Of a DNA stretch of 64,000 bases, positions 61,501 to 64,000 are shown in pieces. The stretch comes from Vicugna vicugna. Taxonomy: Eukaryota. Numbering within the stretch: position 1 is the first letter of the stretch; every line of letters starts with the position of its first letter. The notes beneath the pieces are model-generated. The model had not been told where the DNA came from. It saw only the letters and a program-made list of their open reading frames with translations, and did not search any database. The stretch is taken from positions 436,001 through 500,000 of the forward strand of contig MU058206.1 in NCBI GenBank assembly GCA_013265495.1, in the 5' to 3' direction. The position numbers and the translations under genes are program-made.

Positions 61501-63220
61501 GGAGGATAAAGGAGGCTGAGTGGCAGGGAAGGGTTGCTTGCAGGGATCCAGGCAGGAAAGGGTTAACAGGGAGGCAGGGGCTGGCCGGCCTTGAAAGGAT
61601 TAAGGGCACCCCGGCTGAAGATGCTCCCGACTGGATTGTTAGCGGGGAGTGACGGCACTGAAAAGGAGGGGTCCAAGGTGTCTTCCCAGGCTTTGTGAGG
61701 GTTCTTGAAGAGGAAAGGGCAGTGAGGTGGTGATGTTAGGGCAGGAAGGGAGTAGGATGTATCCAGGCACTAAAGGGTTACTGGAGGTTGTTCTGGTGAC
61801 TGTAAGAGTGAGGGTCAGAGAGAGAATGGGAGCGATGCTGGTGGGAGTAACAAGGCAGGGTTGGGAGGTGCAGCCATCTGGAAGGAGACCTGGCCTAGAC
61901 ATGGGGTCAATGGGGGAAGGGGGCACTTTCAGAAGAGTCAACAGGAGAGGCCCTGACTAGTACACCTCAAACCACTGGAGGATCTGGCCCCCAGCTGTCC
62001 CAGTGGGCAAGGACACTTGAAGATCAAATCTGCTGCGGCCTGGCCGTCTGTCCTCCACTGAGCAAAGGCCTGGGGCACCATGAGATGGAGTCAGGCGGCT
62101 TGTACCCACCCTTGGCTGCCCTGGGTTCCTGGGCCCCGATCGCATTCTGGGGTTAGCTCTGGAACAAGAGCAAGACTGTGCCAGCGTGGCGACTGAAACA
62201 GGCATTGTGTGGTTCCTGTCTTTTCACACAGTATTTCCATGGTGCCAGCTGGGGATTAGGAGGGGATACCCAGGTCTCTCAAGAGTTGAGGTAACAGTGC
62301 TTGGCTCAGATTACAGCTGTGTCACTGATGGGAGGGGGTGGGGAGGTGGCAGCCAGGACATAGGGCAGCTGTTCCCCAGGACTTGTCTGCCTGCCCCCCT
62401 GCCTTGTTTGCGCCTCCATGTAGGAAAGCCCAGTCCCAGCCCCTAGCAGCTGTCCAGTCCTGACTGGACCCCTATTACACAGCTGGGAGGGACTCACAGT
62501 AGGGTTTGGTCCACTGGGAGTTTAGTGGGGGAAACAGACCTTCAGAGGATGACAACGTGCCCTGGGTGACAGAGTTGGAAGCAGAACCTGGACCAGAACC
62601 TCCTGACTCTGGGCCATGGCCTTATTCAGTTCTCCCTCCCCTCTTTATCGTGAAGCCAGGGCAAAGACAGAGGTATTTGGACCCCAGTTCTCAGTCCCTG
62701 TCTACCTCACAGGTGGGTGGGCATTAATGTATGGGCAACTCTACCGTAGCCCTAAAGACCAGCTGGGCCAGAGATGACACCGGGACCCTGCAGCTGTGGA
62801 GGTCCAGGCATAGCTCCCCTCAGCCAGGGGGAGCTTATCCTAAGGTAGGGATGGGTTTCTCAGGCTCCTCTGCCCAGCTGGACCAAAGTGCATGTCTGCT
62901 CTGAGGAAAAGAAAGAGAAGAAGTGAGATAACTTGGGCTGGAGGCAGCTCCCAGTTGGCCCGGGGTGGCCCTGGCCTCTGTGGCTGAAGGCATGCGGGGT
63001 TCAGCTGAGGGTATGGGGAGGATGCAGCCTCCCTCAGGGTTAGGCTGGGTGGTGCGGTGGTTGGTGCGCTGTAGGGATCAGGAGAGACGCCTTGTCCTGT
63101 GCCCCTGGTCTCTTCTCTGAACCCTCAGGAAATGAAAGATTTAGTCAACCTGACCCCCAAGATGTCCTCTGGCTCCAGTGGTTTGCAACTGTGTGGGCTC
63201 ACCCTTCCCTCTCCCACCAG

Positions 63221-63362
63221 GGTCCAGCAATGCCTGTGAGAAAACCTCGTTCACCTTCCTCAGGCAGGAGCTGCCTGTGCGCTTGGCCAACATCATGAAA
63301 GAGATCAACCTGCTTCCTGACCGGGTGCTGAGCACACCCTCAGTGCAGCTGGTACAGAGCTG
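63221..63362 (+). CDS. PDK2: PDK2 coding exon 2 (gene continues beyond the window)
   Basis: caccag|[49 protein letters not shown]; donor TG|gtaaga; 142 nt. Confidence 0.96.
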
Positions 63363-64000
63363 GTAAGACCCCTGGCTAGGTCTCTGCACCTTGCATTCCA
63401 TCGCCAGATGCCCCCTGCTCTCAGCAGCCTTGAGGGAGGTGGGGACAGGGGGTGCATGGGCTCGGAGAGGTAGGAAAGGCCCAAGGTCAAGTGGGAATCC
63501 TTGGCCAGGGCAGGGACAAAGACCAAGCTCCTGGCTTCCATGTCTGTGGGACAGACAGGTCCATACAAACCACCCTCCATTCTCTGGAAAGCCAGGATCC
63601 ACCAGGTTCCACCTAGAAAACCATCATTTTCACAGCCAAAACCCCAAATCAGGCTAATGTCAGCAATTGCCATCAGCCCTGGTCCTGAAACCGCAGCACC
63701 TGTTGGATAATATTTACCTGGGGTAACTGTGGGAAACTGAAACAGGAAGAAGCGAGTCTTTACATTATATAATCCAAACAAGTCAGCTGATTTGGGATGT
63801 TGGAAAACACTCAGATAGGCCCAGAGATGGCACAGTACCAACCCCAGAGAGCTTTGGATGGGCAAAGATCGAAAGTTTATTGCACGGAGCAACAGTAGCA
63901 GGGAGAAATCCTCAGTAAACAAAATCCCTGTTTTTGTCCAGGGATAAGTAACTGAATGGCATTAGCCAACGGCCAGTCGCATGAAGAATATAAACAACAA

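Overview
Mammalian genomic DNA, most likely a camelid (alpaca/camel), inferred from several Vic-1-like tRNA-derived SINEs. The window holds the complete integrin alpha-3 gene ITGA3 on the + strand: ATG at 29792, 26 exons, all GT-AG introns, and alternative tail exons giving alpha3A (1051 aa, stop 55002-55004) and alpha3B (1066 aa, stop 55915-55917). The first two coding exons of PDK2 follow in tandem (ATG 61293). The first ~29 kb is non-coding: a fossil hAT-Blackjack transposon split by an MLT2 LTR, old L1/L2/MIR/LTR fragments, and candidate CTCF, AP-1/ETS and ARE sites. There are no CRISPR arrays, rRNA or true tRNA genes, and I find no new protein-coding system. The best leads are regulatory or splicing hypotheses: a CCAAT/GC-box promoter-like intron 14, latent in-frame re-splicing or intron-retention options at exons 19-20, a palindromic CTCF site, a variant poly(A) signal, and a GGGTTAA cluster at PDK2. 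Repeat subfamily names and human comparisons are from memory and need RepeatMasker or alignment confirmation.
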